Positions 1 to 8,703 of a DNA stretch of 64,000 nucleotides are shown here, one piece after another. Under the pieces are notes generated by a model. The model was not told the origin of the DNA. It searched no databases and saw only the letters and a list, made by a program, of their open reading frames with translations. Numbering within the stretch: the stretch's first letter is position 1; the number at the start of each line of letters is the position of its first letter. The stretch is from positions 9,733 to 73,732 of the forward strand of contig DAZV01000039.1 of NCBI GenBank assembly GCA_002083825.1, written 5' to 3'. Source of the DNA: Candidatus Sericytochromatia bacterium S15B-MN24 CBMW_12 (GTDB lineage: Bacteria; Cyanobacteriota; Sericytochromatia; S15B-MN24; UBA4093). A program made the position numbers and the translations under genes.

Positions 1-25
1 CGTAGCGGAAGGCTAGAATGGGCCC

Positions 26-859
26 ATGCGTAAATATACCCACGTTCTTACGGGTTTTGCCACCGGAGTTGGCCTGCTTGCTCTGGCGGTCCTCACGGTG
101 GGGCCTTTTCTCTGGCTTCTGGTGACGGCCCTCAAGGGAGGAGGCGAGAATATCTTCGCCTATCCGCCCAGTTTGTGGCCCAAGCAGCCCACGCTATCCA
201 ACTTTCGTCAGGTCTGGGAGGCGGTGCCGCTCGGGCGGTATTTCTTCAACTCGGTGGTGGTCGCCGTCGCGTCGGTCGCGCTCAATCTGGTGCTTGCGAG
301 CTTGGCGGCCTATCCACTCGCCCGGATGCGCTTCCGGGGCCGGGAACCCCTTTTCGTTCTGATTCTCGCCACCATGATGATCCCCCTGCCGGTGATCCTG
401 ATTCCGCTCTTCGTGCTCGCCCAGCGGCTCGGCTTGCTCGATTCCTACGCGGGATTGATCCTTCCCACGGCCGTGAGCGCCTTCGGCATCTTCCTGATGC
501 GTCAGGCCTTTCTGGCGATTCCCAAGGAGATCGAGGAGGCGGCGGTGATCGACGGGGCCAATTCCTGGCAGGTCTTCTGGCAGGTCATGTTGCCCTTGAC
601 CAAGCCCAGCCTCGCGACGTTGGCCATCTTCGTCTTCGTGGGCGCCTGGGGGGATTTTCTCTGGCCTTTGATCGTCCTCAAGGATCCCGACCTCTACACA
701 CTGCCCGTGGGCATCTCCTACCTGGCGGGCACGTTCTCGGCCAACTGGCGTCTGATCGCGGCGGGTTCGGTGCTGTCGATCATCCCCATCGTGCTGGTCT
801 TCATCGGGTTGCAGCGCTTCTTTATCGGCGGGCAGACCTCGGGAGCGGTCAAGGGGTAG
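26..859 (+). CDS. carbohydrate ABC transporter permease (MalG-type inner-membrane component)
   Basis: 277-aa ORF with multiple hydrophobic helices. It has the EAA-loop region 'IPKEIEEAAVIDGANSWQVFWQVMLPLTKP'. The C-terminus 'GGQTSGAVKG' parallels the MalG-type permease at 51912-52778. A TAGAAT hexamer (14-19) lies 6 nt upstream of the ATG. Confidence 0.9.
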   Translation: MRKYTHVLTGFATGVGLLALAVLTVGPFLWLLVTALKGGGENIFAYPPSLWPKQPTLSNFRQVWEAVPLGRYFFNSVVVAVASVALNLVLASLAAYPLARMRFRGREPLFVLILATMMIPLPVILIPLFVLAQRLGLLDSYAGLILPTAVSAFGIFLMRQAFLAIPKEIEEAAVIDGANSWQVFWQVMLPLTKPSLATLAIFVFVGAWGDFLWPLIVLKDPDLYTLPVGISYLAGTFSANWRLIAAGSVLSIIPIVLVFIGLQRFFIGGQTSGAVKG

Positions 860-863
860 GCCG

Positions 864-936
864 CTCTAGCGGCTGTTTCGTAGCGCCAGCGGCTTTTGAT
901 TAAGGCAGCGAGAGAACGCAGTCGAGCTTTGCTCTA
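864..936. repeat. intergenic repeat family, short form copy A (56-bp core 881-936 plus partial head duplication 864-880)
   Basis: Core 'tagcgccagcggcttttgattaaggcagcgagagaacgcagtcgagctttgctcta' differs at 2 of 56 positions from copy B at 22045-22100. Its terminal CTA (934-936) is the TAG stop of the minus-strand S8 protease gene. Confidence 0.85.
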
Positions 937-2406
937 AGGATACGAGGCGGGGAAGTTCGTCGTCAGGGCTTTTCGGACGTTGATGCGGCCCCAGCCGTAG
1001 AGGGGGTCTTTGCCAGGGGCCCCGAGATCGTCGGCGGTGGCCTGGAGGTGTTGCTTCACGGCATCATGATAAGCGGCAAGCTGGCTTGCTGTTGCGCCAT
1101 CGGGGGGCCGGTGCTTGGCGACCAGGAGGGCTGCCGTCCCCGAGACGTAGGGGCAGGCCATGGACGTGCCGCTGATGGTCGCATATCCCACGGGCTGGGG
1201 CTGGTTGTCATAGCCGAAGGTCGCGTAGGAGGGGAAGGTCGAGATGATCTGGCCGCCGGGCGCGGCGAGGTCGATTCGCGCGCCCCGGTTGGAGAAGCCG
1301 GAGAGCCATTCCCAGATCTGGTTGCCGATCCGGTAGTGGCTGGTCGACGAGACGGCGATCGCATGGGCGGAGTTGGCGGGAGCAGCGACCTCGGAGCCCT
1401 CGTTTCCGGCGGCCACCACCACGACGACGCCCATGGTCCGGGCCGTCGCGAATGCGGCGTCGTAGGCGGGGTGGCGCCCGTGATAGGGATAGCCTAGGCT
1501 CATGCTGATGACACCGACGCGGCGATCGTCGACACCCTCGGTCGCTAGGTAGGATTGGCGGGACCCCGCCCCGTCGACGTCCTGCCCGAGGGCATAGGCG
1601 AGCCCCTGAAGGATCTGAAAGTCAGAGCCCCCGTTCGCCCCGAGGACCTTGACCGGCATGAGGCCGACGTTCCAGGAGACTCCCGCGACGCCTTGGCCGT
1701 TGTTGCCGCGCGCCCCGATAATCCCCGCCACGTGCGTTCCATGCGCGCTCAGGTCCTTGACGTCTTTTTCCACGGGAAGGTCAGCCGAAGGGTTCTCGTT
1801 CGTGATGAAGTTCTGGGGAGCGAAGACCCGGCTCTGGCCCAGGTCGTCCTGGAACTCGGGATGGTCGACGTCGAGCCCCGTGTCGAGGATGGCGACCAGG
1901 ACCTTGCTCGCATCGACGGCGGGAGTATCGCTGAGCCAGAGCGCGCGGGCCTCGGTCTGCCGGTGCGACCACTGCGCGTCGAAGTGCGAATCCGTGGGAT
2001 CGGGTCTTGCCTCGGAAGCGCGGTGGATCCGGTTCAACTCGATTCCTGCGACTCCGGGGCGGCTGGCGAGAATCTGATGCGCCTCGGCCAGCGACATGCC
2101 TTCGGGCGCCTGGATGGCCACGAAGCGCTGGTTGAATCGAACTTCGCCGAGCTTGGCGAAGCCCTCGACGATCCTGCTCACGTCAGCGTTTTCGCTGAGC
2201 TGCACGAGCAGCTGATTGGCGACGAAGCTTCCTGCTGGGACCGCCTGGCCACGGCTTAATTCAGGGGGCAGAGCGTCTGCTTTCGCGCCGAGGCCATCGA
2301 CGACGTCGATGCCGAAGGGGCTTCCGCTAGGCGGCGGCAATTGCTGGCAGCCGATGATCAGGCTGAAAGCCAGGAGGCCGAGAAGCCGTTGATTGAAGAA
2401 TCTCAT
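934..2406 (-). CDS. S8 subtilisin-like serine protease, predicted lipoprotein
   Basis: Asp/His/Ser triad motifs are present: 'VAILDTGLDVDHPEF', 'HGTHVAGIIGA', 'GTSMACPYVSG'. The start is trimmed to ATG at 2406 (MRFFNQRLLGLLAFSLIIGCQQ, lipobox) with an AGGAGG RBS upstream. The upstream 74 codons of the tracked ORF are Arg/Pro-rich and non-protein-like. Confidence 0.85.
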   Translation of the reverse strand: MRFFNQRLLGLLAFSLIIGCQQLPPPSGSPFGIDVVDGLGAKADALPPELSRGQAVPAGSFVANQLLVQLSENADVSRIVEGFAKLGEVRFNQRFVAIQAPEGMSLAEAHQILASRPGVAGIELNRIHRASEARPDPTDSHFDAQWSHRQTEARALWLSDTPAVDASKVLVAILDTGLDVDHPEFQDDLGQSRVFAPQNFITNENPSADLPVEKDVKDLSAHGTHVAGIIGARGNNGQGVAGVSWNVGLMPVKVLGANGGSDFQILQGLAYALGQDVDGAGSRQSYLATEGVDDRRVGVISMSLGYPYHGRHPAYDAAFATARTMGVVVVVAAGNEGSEVAAPANSAHAIAVSSTSHYRIGNQIWEWLSGFSNRGARIDLAAPGGQIISTFPSYATFGYDNQPQPVGYATISGTSMACPYVSGTAALLVAKHRPPDGATASQLAAYHDAVKQHLQATADDLGAPGKDPLYGWGRINVRKALTTNFPASYP

Positions 2407-2414
2407 GAGGCCTC

Positions 2415-3602
2415 CTAGGGGCGAAAGACGTCGACGGCGCGCAGCGGGCGACCTGCCTGGTCGAATCCGCCGAGGGCGAATAGGCGCCCGTTCAGGGGAG
2501 TCAACGCGAGGTGTACGCGCGCGCGGGGCATGGGGGCCTTGAAGGTCCAGGTATTGGTTTGAGGATCGTACGCTTCGACGGTATCCAGGACGTTGCCGCT
2601 GGAATCCATGCCGCCGGCCACGATGCATTTGCCGTCGAGAACGGCCGAACCGAAGGAATGGCGAGGTGTGTTGAGCGGGGCGAGGGGGGTGTCGGCGAGC
2701 GAAAGTTCGCTCCAGGCATTGGTCCGGTAGCGGAGCATGCTGCTGGTGGCCTCGGCGCTTCCGGTGGTCGGCAAGTCGCCGTAGCCGCCGACGACGTAGA
2801 GGTGGTGGTCGATCATGGCGGCTCCGAGGCCCGCGCGGGGTGCGGGCAGCTTCGCCAGGTCGTAGTTTTCGGAGTAGCCCGTCGTGACGTCGGGGTTGAA
2901 GGCGACGACGTCGTCGGTGGGCGCCGAGGCGCCGGTCGCTCCTAGCATGCCTCCGATGAGCGTGATGAGGCCGTCGTTTGCCACGGCGGCAAAAGCCGTG
3001 CGCTGGAATCTCGGGTGGCTGAGGACGCGGTTGCTGGCGTCGAGCCAGAGGTGGGTCTGGGGGTTGTAGAGGTCGAGGCGATCCTGGACCGAGTTGGTGG
3101 TGCCGCCGATGTAGAAGATCCGCCCGTGAGCCGCCACGGCGGCGCCGAAGTGGCGCGCGCGCCCACCCGCGGAGCTCGCGGGGGGAAGATAGCTCAGCCT
3201 CCAGGCGTCCCGGGCGGGATCGTAGAACTCGACCGTGGCCTCGGAGTCCCCTCCCAGGGCGAAGATCTTGCCGTCCATCGTCCCCGCTGAGACGCCTCCG
3301 CGCCCATGGACCATGGGAGCGGCCACTTGCCAGGTATCGGGGGGCATCTGGGCGTGCTGGAGCAGGAGCTCACCGAGCGGACTCGGCTCCTTTGCTGGGT
3401 CGGAATCCTTGCCGGGATCTTGTGCCGTATCGGGATCTTGGGCTGAACCGGTAGGCTCCGGGCTAGGCGACCCGGAGCCCGCGGGAACGAAGTTGGTGAT
3501 GCCGAGGGTGCCTTCGGGGCAGCCGGTCAGCAGGAACGTTCCGGCGGCCAGCGAAAGGGTCACTGTGGCTATAGAGGCCTTAATCGGGTACTTTCGCTGC
3601 AT
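2415..3602 (-). CDS. Kelch-repeat beta-propeller lipoprotein
   Basis: Signal peptide with lipobox 'FLLTGC', followed by a Pro/Asp/Ser-rich linker. Six blade signatures are visible (IFALGG, IFYIGG, ITLIGG, LYVVGG, CIVAGG, LFALGG). GGAGG RBS. The gap to the upstream gene is 8 bp. Confidence 0.8.
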   Translation of the reverse strand: MQRKYPIKASIATVTLSLAAGTFLLTGCPEGTLGITNFVPAGSGSPSPEPTGSAQDPDTAQDPGKDSDPAKEPSPLGELLLQHAQMPPDTWQVAAPMVHGRGGVSAGTMDGKIFALGGDSEATVEFYDPARDAWRLSYLPPASSAGGRARHFGAAVAAHGRIFYIGGTTNSVQDRLDLYNPQTHLWLDASNRVLSHPRFQRTAFAAVANDGLITLIGGMLGATGASAPTDDVVAFNPDVTTGYSENYDLAKLPAPRAGLGAAMIDHHLYVVGGYGDLPTTGSAEATSSMLRYRTNAWSELSLADTPLAPLNTPRHSFGSAVLDGKCIVAGGMDSSGNVLDTVEAYDPQTNTWTFKAPMPRARVHLALTPLNGRLFALGGFDQAGRPLRAVDVFRP

Positions 3603-3610
3603 GGAGCCTC

Positions 3611-5404
3611 CTAGCGAGCCAGTGCTTCGACGGCGGAGAGGGGAGCGACGTAGCTGTACGGCGGGCTGTACAAGCCGTCGTGACCGCCCGCGGCGAAGAA
3701 CGAGTCGCCCAGGACTCCTCCGGCCAAGTAGCCTCGCGGAGTCCGGAGCGGAGCGTGGGTTTCCCAGCGGTTTCGGGCCAGGTCGTAGGTTTCGACGGTG
3801 TCCATGGGCATGCCGCTGCGGCCGACGCCGCCGGCGACGACGATCTTGCCGTCGGCAGGCCAGGCAATGGCTCCGAAGCGGGGGGTCGGGATGGGGGCGA
3901 CGGCGAGCACGGTGGGGCTCGCGGGGTCGAAGACCTCGACGGCGTGGATCAGGTCGTCGGCATAGTCGATGCCGCTGATGACGAAGAGCTTGCCTTCGGC
4001 GACCGCCGTGGCGGCTCCGTAGCGCCGGTAGGCGAGGAAAGGCATGGCGGTGGTATGGTTTCCCGTTTCAGGGTCGATGCGGTACACGCTCCAGTTGGTG
4101 CCGACGATCGATCCTGAGAACTCCATGCCGGCGGTGAGGTAGAGGTCTTCCCCGAGGAATCCCGCGGATCCGAGGTTGGAGGGGAACGGAAGCGGGTTCG
4201 GGAGCGTGCTCCAGGCGCCTGACTCGGAATCGAAGACCTGGATCAGATCGGTGCGGGCCCCCGCCTGGGTGATTCCGCCCAGGACCCAGAGCTTGTGGCC
4301 CTTGGATGCGAAGGCGGCATGGGAGACGGCCGTGTCCATCTTGCCGGGAAGGGTTTTCCAGGTCGTGCCGTCGAAGGCGAGGACGGAGTCGGTGGCCACG
4401 GTCAGGTGATTATCCCAGTTGCCGAGCAAGTCCGGGCCGTCGCCGGCGCCCTCGGAAATGACGCCCCCCGCGACGATCAGGTGCTCCTGGCCGTCGAACG
4501 GCAGAGTGGCGGAAGCCGCGCCCCCGCGACCGTGGGGAAGGCTCGGGGCCGTGGCGACCCCGGTGGAAAAGTCGAGCGTGCGGACCTCGGGAGAGGCGGG
4601 ATCGATCTCCACGGGACCGACCCTCAGGGAGCCGGCACGGCCATAGAGCCTCCAGGTGCCGGGTTTGATGGGCGAGATCTCCAGGCCTCCGTTGGAGATC
4701 CCGGTTTGCTTCGGGGAGACGGGATCGTCGACCCAGATCTCGGCGGATAAGCTTTGGGGCAGGCCCTTCACTTCGACTCGGAGGCCGTGGCCATGCTGGA
4801 CGAAGGCGCTGTCGGATGTTGCGAGGGCCTCGATGAGCCCTCCGTTGGTGGAAAGGGCGTCTGCGATCGCCACCCCGTCTATTAATCCAAAATGCCCGAG
4901 ATGCTGGGCCCGATAGATCGCCTCGATCCGGGCTTGCAGGCGGTCGGCGTCCAGGCTGCGCGCGAGATTCGGGTTTTCGGACAGGAGTCTCGAATAGACA
5001 TCCCCACGCGGCGTCGTGGCGACCGAGATCATGGCCGTGTTGGGACCCTCCACGAGGGTGGCTGTCGTCCGGAAGCGCCCGCCGGGAATGGGATCTCCGT
5101 TTTCATCCTGGCTTTCGATCTCGATGACCCGGTTGGGGCCTGCTGGAATGCCGGTCAAGGTGGCTACCAGGCTGGAGCCGTTGATGGGAGCCGTCAGGAT
5201 GAGCGCTTGAGCGATATCTGGCCCCGAGATGCTGACCTTGGCGCGGGCACCCGCTTGAAGCGCCTGGAGCTGGCGTTCTACTGGGAAGAGGCCCGTCAGG
5301 GCGAGTTTCAACGTGCCGGTCGTGGGGAGCGAGCTCGGTTGAGGAGCTGCACAGCTCGCTGCCAGCAAGGCGGAGAGGATCAGGCCTCCTAGGCGTTTCG
5401 TCAT
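3611..5404 (-). CDS. lipoprotein with N-terminal beta-sandwich-like region and C-terminal Kelch propeller
   Basis: Start trimmed to MTKRLGGLILSALLAASCAAP (lipobox). The C-terminal half carries blade motifs LIVAGG, LWVLGG, LYLTAG, LFVISG, IVVAGG, FFAAGG. It is first in an apparent 3-gene operon with 2415-3602 and 934-2406. Confidence 0.8.
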   Translation of the reverse strand: MTKRLGGLILSALLAASCAAPQPSSLPTTGTLKLALTGLFPVERQLQALQAGARAKVSISGPDIAQALILTAPINGSSLVATLTGIPAGPNRVIEIESQDENGDPIPGGRFRTTATLVEGPNTAMISVATTPRGDVYSRLLSENPNLARSLDADRLQARIEAIYRAQHLGHFGLIDGVAIADALSTNGGLIEALATSDSAFVQHGHGLRVEVKGLPQSLSAEIWVDDPVSPKQTGISNGGLEISPIKPGTWRLYGRAGSLRVGPVEIDPASPEVRTLDFSTGVATAPSLPHGRGGAASATLPFDGQEHLIVAGGVISEGAGDGPDLLGNWDNHLTVATDSVLAFDGTTWKTLPGKMDTAVSHAAFASKGHKLWVLGGITQAGARTDLIQVFDSESGAWSTLPNPLPFPSNLGSAGFLGEDLYLTAGMEFSGSIVGTNWSVYRIDPETGNHTTAMPFLAYRRYGAATAVAEGKLFVISGIDYADDLIHAVEVFDPASPTVLAVAPIPTPRFGAIAWPADGKIVVAGGVGRSGMPMDTVETYDLARNRWETHAPLRTPRGYLAGGVLGDSFFAAGGHDGLYSPPYSYVAPLSAVEALAR

Positions 5405-5628
5405 TGAGACCTCTTTCGGGAGAGGGAGCACGGGAGGCGACCGGAACAGCGTGCTCTAGTTGTACCCGGCAAGCAGTAATTGCGCAACATTTCGTGAAGT
5501 CACCTCGGCGAGATCGGGGTTCCGGTTAACCGGTTTTTTCTCGAAGCTTGTCCTCGTCTTTACCAAGTTTGCCTTCGAGGAGCGCGATAAGGCCTTCACG
5601 GGGCGGCGGCTCCGGATTCAGAAGGAGG

Positions 5629-6183
5629 ATGGCCATGAACGCGGTGGATAGATTTTCGAATACCTTGGCGCGCTACCGGCAGTTGCCCCAGCCTGTCTCG
5701 CCGGGAATTCAATCCGTTCCGCAGCCATTTCTTCTGCAGCCCGTGCAGGCCGCGCCTAGAACGGACGTCGAGCGGGCTCTCGACAAGGTCGCCGAGGTTA
5801 CTCCCCTGTTGTCGCGTCTGGCCATGCTGGTGAATCGGGTCCAGAATCCGCAACCTGCCGCCGCTTCTATCAATTCAGCCTATCCGAGCATGTCGACCGT
5901 CGCCCCGGGAGCGCTGGGGCAATCGCTGCAGCGGCTGGGGCAGGCCGTGGGAAACAAGGACGTCGATCGATTCGTTCGGCAGGCGGCTCCTGTGATCGAC
6001 GACGTCATCCCCCTGATCGAGGGCATCTTAAACTTGGCAAGTGGAAAGCCCCAGCAGCCGGTCGGAACGAATTCCTATCAAGCTTCCGCTGTTGGGCAGC
6101 CTTCCATCGCCCAGCAGGTGACGCCGATCGTGGAAGGAATCTCCTCGCTGGTCAGTGCTCTCGGGAGTCTTTTCAAGCGTTGA
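5629..6183 (+). CDS. hypothetical protein (Gln/Pro/Ala-rich, no signal peptide)
   Basis: ATG at 5629 is preceded by GAAGGAGGA. No family recognised by eye. The upstream part of the tracked ORF (5548-) is Ser/Arg/Gly-rich. Confidence 0.55.
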   Translation: MAMNAVDRFSNTLARYRQLPQPVSPGIQSVPQPFLLQPVQAAPRTDVERALDKVAEVTPLLSRLAMLVNRVQNPQPAAASINSAYPSMSTVAPGALGQSLQRLGQAVGNKDVDRFVRQAAPVIDDVIPLIEGILNLASGKPQQPVGTNSYQASAVGQPSIAQQVTPIVEGISSLVSALGSLFKR

Positions 6184-6308
6184 GCTTCCGGTTGCTCTCC
6201 GACCAACCTTCCGTTACAATTTATTACAAGGCTGGCCCCGGGTTCCCGCATGGGAGTCCGGGCCAACAGTTGTAAGGGATCCGTACGTAGAAGGGGGGAC
6301 CTTTCCTG

Positions 6309-8165
6309 ATGACCCAGATCAGCATGACTCCGGGTGCGCCGTCTCAGAAGACGACCCTACCCGCCCTTTTTCACCAGACCGTGGAGCGCCATGGAGCCAA
6401 GGACGCCCTGCTCGTTAAGGTCGAAGGGCGGTACCAGGCCATCAACTACCGGGAGTTCAAGCGGCAGGCCGATTTTTCCAGCGCCCACTTGCTTTCGATG
6501 AAGGTCGGAGTGGGGGATCGCGTCGCCATTCTCGGTGAGAACCGCCCCGAATGGGTCATCATCGATCAGGCCACACTCGCCTTGGGCGGCGTGACGGTCC
6601 CTATTTACCCGACCCTGCCCCCGGATCAAATCGCGTACATCCTCAACGATGCCGGCGTCCGCGTCATCGCCGTCTCCAGCGCCGACCAACTCCAGCGGGT
6701 CATGAGCATCCGATCCGACGTCCCTTCGCTCGAGCATGTGATCATGTTCGACCCTGCGCCGGACGCCCCCCATGCTCAAAAGATCGTCAGGTGGGACAAG
6801 TTCCTCGCGACTGGAGCGACGCTGATGGAGGCGACCAGAGACGAGCGGAGTCGCCGGCTGGAAGCCCTGCGACCCGATGATCTGGCCTCGATCGTCTACA
6901 CCTCGGGCACGACCGGCGAGCCCAAGGGCGCGATGCTCACCCACTGGAACTTCGCGTCCAACGCGTTGACCGCCGCCGAGCTCCTGGGGATCCGGGCCAG
7001 CGATATTCAGCTGTCCTTTCTCCCCCTCTCGCATGTTCTGGAGCGGGTGGTTTCTTATGCCCTGATTTCGCGAGGGGTGGCGATCGCCTACGCCGAGAAC
7101 TTCGACTCCATCGCCCTCAACCTGCGCGAAGTTCGCCCCACCCTGATGGTCGCCGTGCCCCGGGTCCTTTCGAAGATCCACGACCGCACGATGGATAGCC
7201 TTCGCCAAGAGTCATTCGCCAAGCGAGAAGCCTTCTACATGGCCCTCGAACTCGGTGCGTACTATCACGAGGTCATGGACGCCGAGGGACGGGTCACCTT
7301 CCCTCTGAACGCCATGTATTTTTCGGCCGATCGCCTCGTCTTCCGTCAGTTTCGCGAGATGCTTGGCGGCCGGTTGCGCTTGATTTTTTCCGGGGCCGCC
7401 CCGCTTCCTGCCGAGATCGGGCAGTTCTTTCGCGCGGCGGGAATCCCCGTGGTCGAGGGCTACGGCCTGACCGAAACCTCTCCGGTGCTCACGCTCAATC
7501 CCGTGCATCGCCCCAAGTACGGGACGGTGGGCCAGACCATTCCGGGGGTGACCCTCATGATAGCTCCCGACGGCGAGATACTCGCCAAGGGACCCAACGT
7601 CATGCGCGGCTACTGGAACAAGGAAGAAGCCACCCGCCAGGTCATCGATTCTGAGGGCTGGTTTCATACCGGGGACATCGGCATGCTCGATCCGGAAGGC
7701 TACCTCCGGGTCGTCGACCGAAAGAAGGAACTGCTGGTGCTCTCAAACGGCAAGAACGTGGCGCCCCAGCCGCTCGAGAATGCGCTGAAGGCCCATGCGA
7801 TCATCGAGCATGCGGTCGTCATCGGGGAGGGGCGTCACCATGTCGCCGCCCTCCTGGTGCCCGCGTGGGACGTCGTGGAGCGGCTCGCTCTGGAGCTCGG
7901 CCTGGCCGCGGACGATCGCGCCGCACTTCTCGACGAGCCCGCCGTTCGCGAGCGCTTCGACACGGCGGTCTCCGCGGTCAATAGCCTGCGCGCTCCTTTC
8001 GAGCAGATCAAGCGCTATGCGGTCTTGGCCACCGAGTTCACCCAGGAAGGCGGCGAGTTGACCCCCTCGCTCAAGGTGAAGCGCCGCGTGATCGACCAGA
8101 AGTATCGCTCCGAGATCGACGGCATGTACGCGTTGGCCGAGACGCGTACGCCCGTGCGGGCCTGA
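6309..8165 (+). CDS. long-chain fatty acid-CoA ligase (AMP-dependent synthetase)
   Basis: ANL motifs 'YTSGTTGEPKGAMLTH', 'GYGLTETS', 'WFHTGDIG...RVVDRKKELLVLSNGKNVAP'. At 618 aa its length is typical of the FACS subfamily. Confidence 0.9.
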   Translation: MTQISMTPGAPSQKTTLPALFHQTVERHGAKDALLVKVEGRYQAINYREFKRQADFSSAHLLSMKVGVGDRVAILGENRPEWVIIDQATLALGGVTVPIYPTLPPDQIAYILNDAGVRVIAVSSADQLQRVMSIRSDVPSLEHVIMFDPAPDAPHAQKIVRWDKFLATGATLMEATRDERSRRLEALRPDDLASIVYTSGTTGEPKGAMLTHWNFASNALTAAELLGIRASDIQLSFLPLSHVLERVVSYALISRGVAIAYAENFDSIALNLREVRPTLMVAVPRVLSKIHDRTMDSLRQESFAKREAFYMALELGAYYHEVMDAEGRVTFPLNAMYFSADRLVFRQFREMLGGRLRLIFSGAAPLPAEIGQFFRAAGIPVVEGYGLTETSPVLTLNPVHRPKYGTVGQTIPGVTLMIAPDGEILAKGPNVMRGYWNKEEATRQVIDSEGWFHTGDIGMLDPEGYLRVVDRKKELLVLSNGKNVAPQPLENALKAHAIIEHAVVIGEGRHHVAALLVPAWDVVERLALELGLAADDRAALLDEPAVRERFDTAVSAVNSLRAPFEQIKRYAVLATEFTQEGGELTPSLKVKRRVIDQKYRSEIDGMYALAETRTPVRA

Positions 8166-8190
8166 GGCCCCGCGTCCCGAAACGACGAAG

Positions 8191-8249
8191 CCCCTCCCGT
8201 TGCGGGAGGGGCGAGATTTCAGGCCGCCCCGACGGGGCGGCCTGAAATC
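8191..8249. terminator. double hairpin between convergent genes (bidirectional terminator candidate)
   Basis: Hairpin 1 is cccctccc/gggagggg (8191-8211). Hairpin 2 has a ~15-bp stem, gatttcaggccgcccc/ggggcggcctgaaatc (8215-8249), and abuts the stop of the minus-strand ORF. Confidence 0.65.
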
Positions 8250-8566
8250 TAACTAGCGAGAAGGTTTTCGGCGTCCTCGAGGGAGCTGAGGATCATGGTG
8301 CGCTTGCGGCAAGGCCCCTCCGGATAGGAGATGCGAAGCCAGACTTCCTCGCCTTCCGAGAGGCGCCAGAGGGCGTCCGTCAAGGGAAGGGGGGCGGCTC
8401 CGGCTTCAGGAGGGGTTTCGCAGCGGCTGGTTCCACCGGCGAGAATCAGGGAGAGCGCCTTTTGCGCTTCTTTCATGGGGCCGGGAACGGTCGGGGTCTT
8501 GAGACTCCCGGGGGGCGATGTAACTGCGAGGAGGCTTGGGCTTTCCGTGATCGTCAGGTGGCGCAT
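8249..8566 (-). CDS. hypothetical small protein
   Basis: ATG at 8566 (MRHLTITES...) is preceded by AAGGAG. No recognisable domain. Coding status is uncertain because an antisense ORF of similar size exists. Confidence 0.4.
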   Translation of the reverse strand: MRHLTITESPSLLAVTSPPGSLKTPTVPGPMKEAQKALSLILAGGTSRCETPPEAGAAPLPLTDALWRLSEGEEVWLRISYPEGPCRKRTMILSSLEDAENLLAS

Positions 8567-8703
8567 GCGCGTTCTCCTTCTCGGACCGGAGGAGCGGGTT
8601 CTCGGGATCATATTCCCTCTCCCTAGGTTATCGAAACTCGCGGCTCTTTTCAAGAACGGGGGAATCCGGTACGCTGAGGGGCATTCGAAAAGGAGGGGTC
8701 GCT

